A stretch of 64,000 nucleotides of DNA from Octopus vulgaris (taxonomy: Eukaryota): assembly GCA_951406725.2 (NCBI GenBank), contig OX597825.1, positions 57,598,001 to 57,662,000 of the forward strand, in the 5' to 3' direction. Position 1 is the first letter of the stretch. Every line of letters begins with the position of its first letter. Of this stretch, positions 11,780 through 25,403 are shown piece after piece. The position numbers and the translations under genes are program-made. Below the pieces are notes generated by a model. That model did not search any database, was not told the origin of the DNA, and worked only from the letters and a program-made list of their open reading frames with translations.

Positions 11780-12381
11780 ATGTTTAGTTTTGAAACAAGT
11801 GGCATATCTCTTCCTGGACCCCGACTTGCTGTTGCGGGATTGCCTGCAGGCGGCAAGAGATGTGATCGGGGATCATTGATAAGAGGCTTAGCGCCTCAAT
11901 TTATGTTAATGTAAGAGGTTCATTACCTCATTTGAGTGTTTTTTTTTGTTTTTAAAAGTAAAAAGTAAAAAGAAAAAAGAAAAAAAAAGAACAGTGTTCT
12001 CGAAGGGCTTCGATCGGCGGGCGTCGATTCGCTTCTCTCATTAATTTCACTATTTCGCTTATCATTTCATCTCATTAATGTAATGTCCAGCCCGCAGCTA
12101 CATCTGTGTAATGTCCTTGTAGCAAATTATATGAATAAAAGTGGCATATCAGACAGCGACCCAAAGTAAAGCTGTAAAATGCACTTATTCGCTTATTTGC
12201 AACACAATGGGTAAAATAGATCGAAAATTACGAAGGTACATGCAGACAAGAAGATTTTGAGGCAGCGCTTACGGTTAGACAAGTATAGAAATAATTAAGA
12301 AAAACTTTTTACATGAAGTATATCCTTAACAAGGTGTTAGAAGGAAAGAACACCTATTTAATAAGGCCACAAAACAGATAC

Positions 12382-12452
12382 GACCAAAGCCTTGTGAGTG
12401 GATTTGGTAGACGGAAACTGAAAGAAGCCCGTCGTATATATGCATGTATGTG

Positions 12453-12484
<32 letters not shown>

Positions 12485-12631
12485 TGTATGTATGTATGTA
12501 TGTGTTTGTGTGTCTGTATTTGTCCCCCCCCCCCCAACATCGCTTGACAACCGATGGTGGCGTGTTTACGTCCCCGTAACTCAGCGGTTCGGCAAAAGAG
12601 ACCGATAGAATAAGTACTAGGCTTACAAAGA
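12382..12631 (+). mobile_element. SINE family A, internal fragment
   Basis: Matches the body of 11372-11779. Confidence 0.85.
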
Positions 12632-12861
12632 TACGTAACACTGGCATTCCTTCGATATCGTCTAAATTTCAGATCGAGAAGTAAACTATACAAGAAGTAG
12701 GTCGTTCAGATTCGTGGAGATGCAAGGTTAACACTCGTTACAACGGTAAACAGGATCTGATCAAAGAGGCTGGCAGGAGTCAAGTTAAGAAGAGAGTGGA
12801 AGAGTCCGGTGAGGACTGGGTGTATAAGACAAGTCAGTACATACATACATACGTACATACA

Positions 12862-12893
<32 letters not shown>

Positions 12894-13112
12894 CACACAC
12901 ACACACGCACGCACGCACACACACACACAAACACAGAGTATCTATCGATCTATCTATTTATAAGTGTGTGTATATATATATACGTATAATTATATATATG
13001 TATATATATATATATATATTTACACACATATATGTATATATATGTGCGTGTGTGATTGTGTGTGTGAATGCGTGTTTCTATATATACGTGTGTGTGTATG
13101 TGTGTATGTGTA

Positions 13113-13143
<31 letters not shown>

Positions 13144-13438
13144 CTATATATATATATATATGTATACATATCTACACTCATATGCACACATATACGCCAT
13201 TTCCAGTATTGCACGTATAACAGTATCCTATTACTCACAACTCACTACTATGGTTATACCCTCCTCCTCTCGAGACCCTTACTATTTATATTTCAATATT
13301 TCAAACATCCTCCGACTGACTTGTCACGTAACGAGGCGTTTTCCTCCTTAAAGAAAACCATTTAGTTATCAACAGTGTCGATGGTTATAAATAACAACAA
13401 TAAAAATAATAATAAAAATAACGACGACGACGACGACG

Positions 13439-13502
<64 letters not shown>

Positions 13503-13576
13503 TCATCTAAATTAAAACTCGGAGAGATATTACTTCTTCACCTTCGTACATTCGTATAAACATACATACATATATG

Positions 13577-13630
13577 TGGTGCCCCAGCATGGCCGCAGCT
13601 TTAGGGCTGAAACATTTTAAAGGATTTTAA
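13577..13630 (+). mobile_element. Isolated CR1-group LINE/SINE A-type 3' tail
   Basis: GGTGCCCCAGCATGGCCGCAGCTTTAGGGCTGAAAC followed by a short repeated tail. Confidence 0.7.
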
Positions 13631-13632
13631 GA

Positions 13633-13804
<172 letters not shown>

Positions 13805-14261
13805 AATATAAAACACTCACACATATACACTCCCACAGCACACACAAAATTTACATTCGAGCTAAAAATTAGTTTCGTGGTTTAAAAAAACGATAATCTG
13901 ATAAGCTGTGTCTTGGGAAGATGAAGCTGCCATCGATTTATACAGAGAATTAAAAGTAAATGACATCTCTAAAGTTTATATCAAGATTGACTATAGGAAC
14001 TGTCGCATGGGTAAGAAGACCCCCTCGCAAATACATAGTTCTTCGTTCGATTCCATAGCGTACCACCACGAACAAGCATCTCTTATGTGGGTCTTAGTTT
14101 GATAAATGCTTTGTGAGCGGCATTCGATTGATGGGAACATTGTACAAACCCTTGTGTGTGTGTGTGTGTCTATGTATGTATGTGTGTGTATTTGTGCATG
14201 TGTGTGTGAATATGTGCATGCGCTCTCACTTTCACATATACGTACGCATAACTATATATGT

Positions 14262-14612
14262 GTGGAGGCGCATGGCTTAGTCTTTAGGGTGTCAGCATCA
14301 TGATCGTAAGATTGTGGTTTCGATTCCTGGAGCGGGCAACGCGTTGTGTTTTTGAGCAAAACACTTCATTTCACGTTGCTCCAGTCCACTCAGCTAGCAA
14401 AAATGAGTAACGCTGCGATGGACTGGCGTCCCGTCCAGCTAGGGAACACATACGCCATTGAAACCGGGGAACCGGGCCCATGGCCTAGCTAGGCTTTAAA
14501 AGGGCGCATTTATTTCTGCGATGGACTGGCGTCCCGTCCAGCTGGGGGGAGCATATACGCCACAGAAACCGGGAAACCGGGCCCATGAGCTTGGCTAGGC
14601 TTTAAAAGGGCG
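14262..14612 (+). mobile_element. SINE family C with tandemly duplicated 3' module
   Basis: Full copy 14262-14510, then a repeat of CTGCGATGGACTGG...AAAAGGGCG at about 14516-14612. Confidence 0.9.
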
Positions 14613-14684
14613 AGAGAGAGTATATATGTATCTATATATATATGCATACATACACACACATATATATATATATACAGAAAAATA

Positions 14685-14732
<48 letters not shown>

Positions 14733-14777
14733 TATATATATGCATACATACATACAGACATGCACACATATATATGT

Positions 14778-14808
<31 letters not shown>

Positions 14809-15052
14809 TATATATATGTATATAAATAATACATAAATTTATTTATTTATGTATAAACATCAAGAGCAATGTAAGGAAAGTTCATTAGGGTGCACCCACG
14901 TACGCATGTAAACAAACATATGTAAACAAGCATAAACACTGTCGTATATTGGTTGTAGATAAGTTATCTTTGTGTATATATTATGCCAGTTGTGTTTATA
15001 CACATATACGCAGATACATATGTTTAAGCATACAGATGTACGCATATATATT

Positions 15053-15205
15053 ATTTTACTCTTTTACTTGTTTCAGTCATATTTGATTGCGGCCATGTTG
15101 GAGCACCGCCTTAAAGGGTTTTAGTCGAAGAAATCGACCCCAGGACTTATTCTTTGTAAGCCCAGTACTTATTGTATCAGTGTCTTTTGCCGAACCGCTA
15201 AGTTA
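15053..15205 (-). mobile_element. SINE family A, 3' fragment
   Basis: Tail and 3' body match family A. Confidence 0.85.
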
Positions 15206-15336
15206 TATATATATACAACTTATAAACAAGGGTATGCCCTTGTTTATAAGTTGTTTATAAATTTATGCTGGCCATTGATAAAATTTTCCAAAAATTTTAT
15301 CCTATATTAGATGTAAATATATATATATATATATAC

Positions 15337-15492
15337 ATCCTTGTTTTTCTGTGTCCCTTTCTGTAGAAGAGCGTAGGCTCGAAACGTAAAAGACTTTTTG
15401 TATTCCTGGGCGTTATACTAATACATATGTTTGTTTTGTACACCAACTGTCTTTGTCTTTTGTTGTTTTTTTCGTAAACTCTCCCTATATAT
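15337..15492 (+). repeat. Dispersed repeat carrying a hammerhead-like variant (15357-15392)
   Basis: CTTT-CTGTAGA-A-GAGC-GTAG-GCTC-GAAA-CG-TA-AAAG. Related copies at about 7480-7630 (degenerate) and 28775-28920 (GAAA segment deleted). Confidence 0.6.
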
Positions 15493-15496
15493 ATCT

Positions 15497-16507
15497 GTCC
15501 CGGGGCCACTTTTATTCATAGTGGCCCTCTCTAATACCCCCCACCCAGCTGCTCAAATAGCTACCCTTGCCAGCTATGCAGACGATACAAAAGGCTCTCA
15601 GAGGATGCAGAACCCTGAGTTGGACGCAATATATAGGTGGGCTGAGGAAAATAACATGCGGTTTAATGTCGAAAAAATCCAAGTCTTGCACTCCCAACAG
15701 AGAAAGTTCAATGAAAAATTAGATAGATGGGATTCCAATCTCCGAATCAAAATCAGTGCGTGACCTGGGTATCGACATGGGTAATGATGCATCTTACCAA
15801 GTTGGCAATGAAATGCAGATGTCTGGCCGGGTGGATCCTTCGAATTTTCAAAACAAGAGAAAAGGAAACTATGATGGTCCTCTGGAGAACTTTTGTTCTC
15901 AGCCGTTTGGATTACTGCTCCTAAATGTGGTTACCAAACAGTGTAAAATTAACGACGGAACTCGAGACGATCCAGTGAAGCTACACACCGAAGATCGATA
16001 CAATGTGACATATCAGCTACTGGGAGAGACTGAAAGAGTTAAAACTCTACTCCTTGGATTAAAGGCGGGAAAGATATGCAGTAATATACATCTGGAAAAT
16101 CCTACAAAAACCTGTTTTAAACTTTGGCATGGTCACTTGTACAAATAGCTGGACGGGGTGCTGCTGCATGGTATCAAAGATCCCAACATTGTCATCAAGA
16201 TACAGGACCAGATACTGCCAAAGCTTGGGCTTCAAAGGCCCACAACTCTTCAATATTCTCCCACATAGCCTGAAAGATCTCCAAGGCGTGGATATAGGCT
16301 TTTTCATAACGAAACTAGGTCTCCTTCTGTCAAGAGTTCCAGATGAACCTACCTCTAGGTAAGAAACACAGATGAGGCCAGCGACGTCAAACTTTCGCAT
16401 CCACCAAATATCACATATCAGAGGAGGTTTAGTGAAAGTGTAGCAAAGTAAACGGCTGTGCCCCAGCATGGCCGTAGTCCTTGGACTGAAACTTAGAGAA
16501 AAAAGAA

Positions 16508-16508
<1 letters not shown>
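15497..16508 (+). mobile_element. CR1-group LINE, 5'-truncated, degenerate
   Basis: GPLLFI, SYADDTK, RDLGI, DYCS, PDEPT motifs with stops and frameshifts. Same family as 25404-27178. Confidence 0.92.
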
Positions 16509-16589
<81 letters not shown>

Positions 16590-16592
16590 CTA

Positions 16593-16626
<34 letters not shown>

Positions 16627-16942
16627 CATACATACATACACATGCAAACATACACGCAAACGCGCATCCATGCATGCATGCATATATACATACATACATG
16701 CATACATACATACATAATACATGCATACATACATGCATGTGTATGTGTTTGAAAAGCTGTTAACAACGGAACCGTTTTCATTAAGAGCGATTCTTTACTT
16801 AAGATTTGTGTCATTCTGTTTTTTATAATAAATATACTTATAAAATTTTTAACTTAAGAAAATCTTTCTTTAAATATTGTGACTACATCAAAAATTCATT
16901 CATTCATACACACACAGACACACACACACACACACACACAAA

Positions 16943-16977
<35 letters not shown>

Positions 16978-17202
16978 ATTTATGTATATATGTATATCTC
17001 TTTGTGTGTATGAATATATATACATACATACGGCAATAAGAAAATGGAGGGGATCAAGAGGTGGTATTCATCAACTTTTAGACATTATATTATGTCTATT
17101 TATAAAAATTATATCAATATACATACATGTATAACAGATTATGCTTTACTTATATAAAAATACCAGTAATTATTAACGTAGAACATAGAAAGCAGAATAG
17201 TT

Positions 17203-17325
17203 TCTTACAGCTGTTTCAGCCAAGAGGTCATAGTACCCTTCTTTATTTCCATCCATTCAGTGAACTGAAGTATTTGGTAGATAAGATTAAGGTACTCGGG
17301 TGTGCCTCTGGGCTTCGTCAGAGAG
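17203..17325 (-). ncRNA. Type I hammerhead ribozyme with long stem II
   Basis: Minus strand TCT-CTGACGA-AGCC.AGAGG..AGTACC...GGTACT..CCTCT.GGCT-GAAA-CAGCTG-TA-AGA. Palindromic stem III ACAGCTGT, GUA triplet. Confidence 0.75.
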
Positions 17326-17627
17326 TTTAGCAAGTTCATAAGGTTAAGTTATAAATATAAATACATTCATATATACACACTTTTACATATACATACATAT
17401 GCATAAATATACACAAATACACATCTATACATTTATATGTATGTATATGTATATGCATACAAAGTAATCAATTATTATCATCATTATAACGTGTATTATA
17501 TTATTCTTAGAGGAAAGAGAAAATTATCAAAAAAGAAATAATAATGGAATTTAAATAATCAATCTATCTTAAGATTATTGTAGTTTTGTAGGAATGAAAA
17601 GGTATATAAATGAGGAATACACGCACG

Positions 17628-17711
<84 letters not shown>

Positions 17712-18509
17712 AAATCAGGATTCGAGTGAAACAGGCACTTAAATGGTAAAGTACCAGGTCAGGTCGAAAAATAAAATGCGTACACAACAAAAGTAGTGGA
17801 ATACATACACAGGTACCGAAGTACAGAAGGAAAGCAATTTTAAGGCTAATCTAGGAAATTTTATATTATAATTCAATACTTTTTCATTATTATCCATTTG
17901 CTTTCATATACTTTTTATTGTATGCTTTTCATCGTATATTTCTTTATTTGTCTAATTAACGATATGATGGTCACTCTTCTTATTTGATATCCTCTCCCGA
18001 ATCAGTGCATCTTAGACTTACTGTCTCTTTCTTTTATAGATGTTTCCAGCCTTAAAGGGAGCAGATAGCAGGATGTCAAATGAATAAATATTCAAGTTTG
18101 AACTTAGCCTCCAAATCTCATATTGTATAGAAGTAAAAGATAAAAGAAATTAGGTTTATCTTTGTTGTTGGGGCGAGATGCTTCACTATCTGATTTTCCC
18201 CGTACGCCATCCTCTAGCCTCCTTCATTGATATAAATCTTTGTTACCTCCCTACCCGTGTCTGACATCATAGTATTTTTTCCTATATTACTACCAAACTG
18301 AATAAACAAATTCATTCTTATGACCGACACTGGTCATAGAATCATGAAGTGACACAATCTGTTGGTTGACGAATGGTTTTGGATGTTGTAATTCATATAT
18401 TCACCTCATGTAAACGTTTTTTTCTAAGGATGTAATTTCTCCATTAATCAATAAAAAAAAACTCGCTGGAACCAGCTGCAGTTGTGGATTGACACATTAT
18501 CCATATGTT

Positions 18510-18553
<44 letters not shown>

Positions 18554-18735
18554 ATGAATAATCATACACGTTCCCCACACGCATTTATATTAATGATTGC
18601 TTTTATGTTCAGTTATAATGAAAACAATTCTACCATTAATCTGGGTTGTAAGATGACAGTTCTATATTAATATATTCTACATTAGTGTATATAGAGTGTG
18701 TGTGTGTGAGAGAGAGAGGGGGGAGAAAGAGAGAA

Positions 18736-18766
<31 letters not shown>

Positions 18767-18954
18767 ATGGTAGGCGGAAAATACATTTCACTGGTAGTTC
18801 ATAATTTATTTATTTTCAGCAGCTGTTTTATTAGAAATAAACGTGATTAATTGCATAATTTCGCATTTAAGATACATAATTAATTAGTATAAATTAATTT
18901 AAATTAATTTAAATGGAAGCACTTTTTGTTCTCAACCATGAGTAATAAACTAAA

Positions 18955-19168
18955 GCGGCGGGCTGGCAGAATCTTTAGCATGCCGGGCAAAATGCTTAGC
19001 GACATTTTGTCCATCTTTACGTTTTCAGTTCTAATTTCGCCCAGGTCGACTTTGCCTTTCATCCTTTCGAGGTCAATTAAATAGGTACCAAATGAATACT
19101 GGGTCGATATAATCGACTTAACTTCTCCTGTGAAATTGCTGGCCTTGTGCCAAAATTTGAAACCAATT
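18955..19168 (+). mobile_element. SINE family B (alternative tail)
   Basis: Family B head and centre, tail GGCCTTGTGCCAAAATTTGAAACC. Confidence 0.85.
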
Positions 19169-19226
19169 GCGCGCCATACTAATGATAGACTGTTGATAGG
19201 CTCGTTTAAATATAAGTAGGGCGGAG

Positions 19227-19269
<43 letters not shown>

Positions 19270-19271
<2 letters not shown>

Positions 19272-19705
19272 TAGGCTTCTTACAGAGACCTAGCTCGTCG
19301 GGCTCAGATAACCGAATGGAGAGGTGCAGAAAGTCCAAGATGTATATCTGAAACTGGATTGCTATGGGTCAAGGCGAGTCACATGGTACTGTTAGAAGTG
19401 GAACTGAAATTCCAATTGCACCAAATACATTGAAATATAGCTGCAGAGATAGAAAGAATTCCTCCTCTATATCCCGCTTCATCTGGAGTCTTTCCGAATC
19501 TTCAGAATAACTCCTCCAGCATGGAATGGACCATCATCGACAGGTCCCTACCTTACTTACCCGGCGCTCGCAATTGCCAGCCCTGCCTCCGCTAAAGACT
19601 GCATGTTCTCGATCAACTTGCAGTATCTGTCATCAGGAAATAGGAACTGCCATCTGAGGTATGCCTTCCTGCTGAACTTCAAGCCACTATCCTCCCATAA
19701 TCCAG
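19270..19705 (+). pseudogene. Penelope-like element GIY-YIG endonuclease C-terminal remnant
   Basis: DRKNSSSISRFIWSL and MEWTIIDRSLPYLPGARNCQPCLR*RLHVL resemble the PLE endonuclease end (ST.LS..IW.L; W.I....PY......C.LCL.EK..IL). Confidence 0.7.
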
Positions 19706-19710
19706 ATATA

Positions 19711-19945
19711 CCTATTTCTTTACTACCCACAAGGGGCTAAACACAGAGGAGACAAACAAGGACAGACAAACGGATTAAGTCGATTACATCGACCCCCCAG
19801 TGCGTAACTGGTACTTAATTTATCGACCCCGAAAGGATGAAAGGCAAAGTCGACCTTGGCGGAATTTGAACTCAGAACGTAACGGCAGACGAAATACGGC
19901 TACGCATTTAACCCGGGGTGCTAACGGTTCTGCCAGCTCGCCGCC
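19711..19945 (-). mobile_element. SINE family B, full length
   Basis: Reverse complement of the 4200-4430 family. Confidence 0.92.
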
Positions 19946-20721
19946 TATATACCGCAGATATACCACCTTAACATTGGCTGCGTCTGCACACTGGCTGCCC
20001 TATAACCAAGGGCAGGACACTTAGTCACCGATGCCCGCGCAGACCATAGACCGTCCTTCCAACATTATGCATTCCCTTTAACTCTTTATGACCGTTTCCA
20101 TACTCGTGGGTGCGCGCACGCACCCACCCACACCCACACGCACAATTATCAGAAGTACTTAAATACACACACGCGCAAAACAGATATAAACACTCGTAAG
20201 CATGGACACATTTTTACCATGATAAACACGTGTGCATTGATACTTAAACAAATACAGGAATGTACATTCTCGCGACCACCATATGCACATCCTTTAGGAA
20301 GTATGCGCACACAACACACGCTAATACACACATACACATACACACATACGCACACGCAGTACACACGCAACTGATACACATACACCCACATATACAACTA
20401 CGTGAGTACCCACACATGGCTGATATGCACCTGCATTCATATCTACATAAAGCAAACACGCACGTACATACCAAGGAGCTGATGCCATCAGCTCTCACCC
20501 ACATGGGAATTTACACGCACGTGCATCGCTTCCCTCATAGCAAATACACACGTAAAGGCACAAGGCACCTACATCCACGCACTCATACAGCTGGTATATA
20601 CACTCCCCCCTCCTCGGTCATGTATTCGATGTTGCGCAAGTCCCTTTCAAAAACCAGTAAAAAAACTCGACACCACCAGCTTCTTGTTCAACTATGCGTT
20701 GCGAGAAATTCTCTCTTTTAT

Positions 20722-20885
20722 AATGTATTTGGTGTAGCTGGAATTTCAGTTCCACTTCTAACACCACCATGTGGCCCGCCTTGACCAATAGCGGCTCAGT
20801 TTCCGGTAACCATTCTTGGACTTACTGCACCTCTCAATTCAGCTACCGGGTCCCAATGGGCTATGTTTCTATAAGAAGCCTACGA
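20722..20885 (-). repeat. Second, inverted copy of the Penelope-like segment at 19270-19435
   Basis: Shared AATGTATTTGGTG..GGAATTTCAGTTCCACTTCTAACA..CGCCTTGACC..TCTTGGACTT.CTGCACCTCTC..AAGAAGCCTA in opposite orientation. Confidence 0.75.
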
Positions 20886-21048
20886 CACTTTAAGTTGCAT
20901 GGAAACAAATCAAATTGGTTTGAATAATAATATATGTAATTCCTATTATGTGTTGAGTGTTTCCTTCTTTGTTTGCCTAATCACCCTTTCCACTCACACA
21001 CACATACACATACACATATATGTTTTATATCCTTGTTTTAGATATCTG

Positions 21049-21817
21049 GGATCTTTTCCTTTTCAACGGCAGTTTTCAACACAATTTCTAGTTGACTAAA
21101 CACTTCTAAACTTCGTATACTGGTAGAATGTGTCAAAATAAAACATTTTTTTCTCTTGGCTTTCTTGAGAAAATTGTAATTTGTAAGTTTAACGTAGTTT
21201 AATTTTTCGAATTTTAACCAATCGATGGCCTCTTTTGAGCTAAAATCATTTGCTGCGTCTAAAACTGAGACAGCATCCTGTTACTGTTATGTTTACGTTC
21301 GGAAAGCGTGTGTATAAAATTATAGAATTATTTTGTTAATTGTTGAAATTATTTTCTATTGCTTTCGTTTTAGCCTTTCGTTTTTTTTTCTTAAGCAATG
21401 GAAAATAGTTTAGACAATACACGTGTATCTCAAAACAAAAACAAAACGAATAATTTTAGACACACGCGTAACAATTAAATTAATTTAACAATTAAGAAAA
21501 AAAAACGAAAGGCTAAAATTTAGGGTTAGGGTTAGTGTTAGGGTTAGGGTTGGGGTTAGTGTAGGGTTAGGGTTAGGGTCAGTGACAGGATGTTGTCTCA
21601 GTTTTAGACGCAGCAAATAATTTTAGCTCAAAAGAGGCCATCGATTGGTTAAAATTCGAAAAATTAAACTACGTTAAATTTACAAATTACAATTTTCTCA
21701 AGAAAGCCAAGAGAAAAAAATGTTTTATTTTGACACATTCTACCAGTATACGAAGTTTAGAAGTGTTTAGTCAACTAGAAATTGTGTTGAAAACTGCCGT
21801 TCAAAAGGAAAAGATCC
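21049..21817. mobile_element. Long-TIR MITE (769 bp) with 8-bp TSD and internal (TTAGGG)n
   Basis: About 230-bp near-perfect TIRs starting GGATCTTTTCCTTTT. TSD GATATCTG at 21041-21048 and 21818-21825. Telomere-like tract 21519-21578. Confidence 0.92.
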
Positions 21818-24196
21818 GATATCTGATATATCGAAGCAGGGGAAGAAAGTGTATACACAATGCACTACTATTACTGTTACACGAGACTCGTGAAACTGCT
21901 GCCAACACAAACTGCCAATCGCTCACAGTTCTTTACTTTATAATAACGAGTAAATTCACCTTTAGTCACTTAGTGGGTGGTCGGAATCCACCCACAACTT
22001 CTCCCACTTTTCGAATCAGTCTGCTCTATCTTCTTTCCCTTTGAGAATTGAACTCTGCTCAGAGTTTTAATATCCCTTCCGCTTAGGGTTCAATTCCAGT
22101 GTTTCCATTACCACTTCTATACATTAGCACTCCTATACCGTACACAGAAGCGCCTGAAGCTGCAACAACCTCCGCTGCAGGATCGAAGTGCACTAGCGAC
22201 AAAACCGATGTTAATATTTTTGAAAATTTCGTCAAATGCCTTTTGACAGTTTTCATATCTTTTTTCAGCAGATTATTCAGTGGAACCCTCACCTTATCCA
22301 TATTCGGAATATAATTTTGGTAATAATCTGCCAATTCTGAAAATACTTGTATGGTCACTATATTAGTCGGAGAGGGCATACTTTTAATTGCGTCTGCCCT
22401 CGACGGGTCTGGTCGACATCCATTTCTGTCAAGGATTTTCTGACTTATTTATACTTTTCTTCACTCACAGTAAAGCCGTAATCCCTAAGTTTTTCGAATA
22501 TATATTTTACGTGCTTTATGCATTGATCTCTGGATTCGCTTTTAATGAGTATATTACCAAGATATGGAATGGCGAATTCACAGTCCGCTAACATTGCATT
22601 TATGATCTGTTGAAAATTCGCTGGTGTGACTTTTAAGCCAAATGGTAACCTGTTGTATTTCTACAGTCTTTTATGTGTGTTAACTGTTAGTTATTTAGAG
22701 CATTCATCGTCTACTCTAATTTGTAGGTATGTGTCAGAGAGATCCAATTTAGAAAATATTTTCCCACTGTTTAATTTCGCATAAATATTCTCCCGAGTAG
22801 GTAGCAAGTAATAGCAACTTTTTAAGACATTCGTTTAAACCAGTGGAAAAAAATCAACACACTGATTTTATTATTCTTTTTGGTTTTTGAATAACTCCAA
22901 TTTTTTCTAGTCTCTCTAACTCTAAGTTTATCTGTTCTAACGCTGCGAACGGTACCGTTCATTTTTGTTTAAATGTCGGCATGGCGTTTTCTTGTATTTG
23001 AAACCGTACCTTCGTTTTGGTACACAGACCTAATTTATCGGGCAGAACTTCAGGAAAATTAAAATAAAAATTACAATTCATTTGGCGACTTATTTGTACT
23101 GGGGAGGACCCATAAGTTAAATAATTCCACCCAGTCAGTATCAAATAAGTTTGTGGTATTATTTACCACAGAAACTTTAGCATTCAAGGTTTTTTCACGA
23201 AATGTAATGTTACTTATCAATTCTCCTTAAGATATAATTTTTTTCCTGAAACACCACGGGCAATTTTCTAAGTTTCATTTAATTTAGGTATCCCAATTTT
23301 TTTCCCATGTATTTGTGTTAACTATTGAGATATCTAATTGCAACTTTACGATTGTGTTATTAATGTTTACAAACACAACTTTCCTTTGAGACTTGTTCGT
23401 ATTTTTTGTCACCGATAATCCGTTTAACCGCTTTTTAGGTTCTGTTCTACAGTGCAACTTTTTATGGCCTATTTTACCACACTTGTAGCATTTTATATTT
23501 TTAAACGGACAATTATTTTTAAAATGTAGATCACCGCACCCATAACATGGATTCGGACTTGATATCTTTTCTCATCCGATCCCGGTTTGAACACGCGAGC
23601 AATCTTTCTCTTCAATTTTGCATCATGTCGTAGATTAATGATCCTTTGACATTCTTCTGTTACTGCCTGTAAAATAAAATTTTTGTCTTGTTCTAATTTT
23701 GTTAATATCTGGGAACGTATATCTGCGTCTTTGCTTGTAGTAAACCCGGGGTTAACTCATTCAATTTGAATTTCTCACCCTTTCTATGAACTACTCCGGC
23801 ATAGATGACGAAATCTTTATCTTTTTTGACAAAATTTAAACATTGCCAGCGAGTATTGAACAAAGAACTTCTTTCACTGAAAATTTTTGATAAAATATTA
23901 ATTCTTTCATAGAAGCAAGACTCACCTGGCTTCTTCGGCAGAATATAATTACTATAATTTTCGTGTTCGGTTGGGTATAACTTTCTTAAAAGTAGTACTT
24001 TTTTTCTCGTCGACCAACTTTTACACTCTTCTTTGAAGCTTCGTGTCTACGAAAATATGCAGAAAAGGTAATTCCTTCAGGATTGTAGCTGAATTCTCCA
24101 ATTGATTTTGCTAAGTTAGTAGTCGAGTACGAACCTAAAGTATTTTCAGACTTCTTCAACATTAATTCCAGCAACTGTTGATTTTGTTGTTGCTGT

Positions 24197-24564
24197 TGAG
24201 CGAACGGTCTTCGTCCCTGAGCTCGCAAGATGGGAGAAGTCCGAAACGTGGTCCTTTGCTATTCGTAAGACCCGCAGAAGAGAAAGCAGCTCAACCCCCG
24301 ACACTAAGAGCATCGACGGATGGATGAATGCGCATCCAGGCTCAGCGGTTGCGTAGGAAGTCGGGGACAAGAAACAGGAAGAAAGAGTGAGAGAAAGTTG
24401 GAGCGAAAGAGTACAACAGGGGTCGCCACCATTCCCTTCCGGAGCCTCGTGGAACTTTAGCTGTTTTCGCTCAATAAAAACACACAACGCCCGGTCTGGG
24501 AATCGAAACCGCGATCCTCCGACCACGAGTCTGCTGCTCTAACCATTGGGCCATTGCGCCTCCT
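24197..24564 (-). mobile_element. SINE family D inserted in Gypsy gag
   Basis: Same tRNA head as 8334 and 61535 with a distinct tail. Flanked by TGTTGTT(G/A)CTG. Confidence 0.85.
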
Positions 24565-24853
24565 GTTGTTACTGCTGTTGTAGTTGCTGCTAACGACTCG
24601 TCGCCACTTTTATATCCTAATATTGGATATATATTATAACGAAGCAGGGGGTAAGAAAACATATACACGACGCACTACTATTACTACGACACAAAATTCA
24701 ATACTCTATATCAAAGGCTCACAGTGAAATTGCTACCAACACAAGCTGCCAATCGCTCACAGTTCTTTACATTATAATAATGAACCAGTCCACCTTTAGT
24801 CACTTAGTGGGTGGTCGGAATCTTTCCACAACAATATGTATATTATACATACA

Positions 24854-25403
<550 letters not shown>

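Larger units (their letters stand above)
21021..24833 (-). mobile_element. Degenerate Ty3/Gypsy LTR retrotransposon lacking integrase
   Basis: LTRs at about 24607-24833 and 21021-21998 (split by a MITE). PBS TGGCGACGAG, PPT AAAAGTGGGAGAA. gag knuckles CYGCGDLHFKNNC / CYKCGKIGH, RT remnants (DLSDTYLQI, YNRLPFGLK), RNase H remnant (LVHFDP..ASGAS.YGIG). Confidence 0.9.

Noticed and set aside
19600-19645. CTGATGA-CAG-ATA-CTG on the minus strand as a hammerhead
   Set aside because: It is followed by CAAG rather than GAAA and has no stem I or III. It lies inside the Penelope-like coding remnant.
20260-20784. 174-aa His/Thr-rich ORF
   Set aside because: It derives from degenerate (CA)-rich simple sequence plus the antisense of a repeat fragment, with no domain.
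21519-21578. True telomere or chromosome fusion site
   Set aside because: The tract is short, degenerate, in one orientation and enclosed within MITE TIRs.
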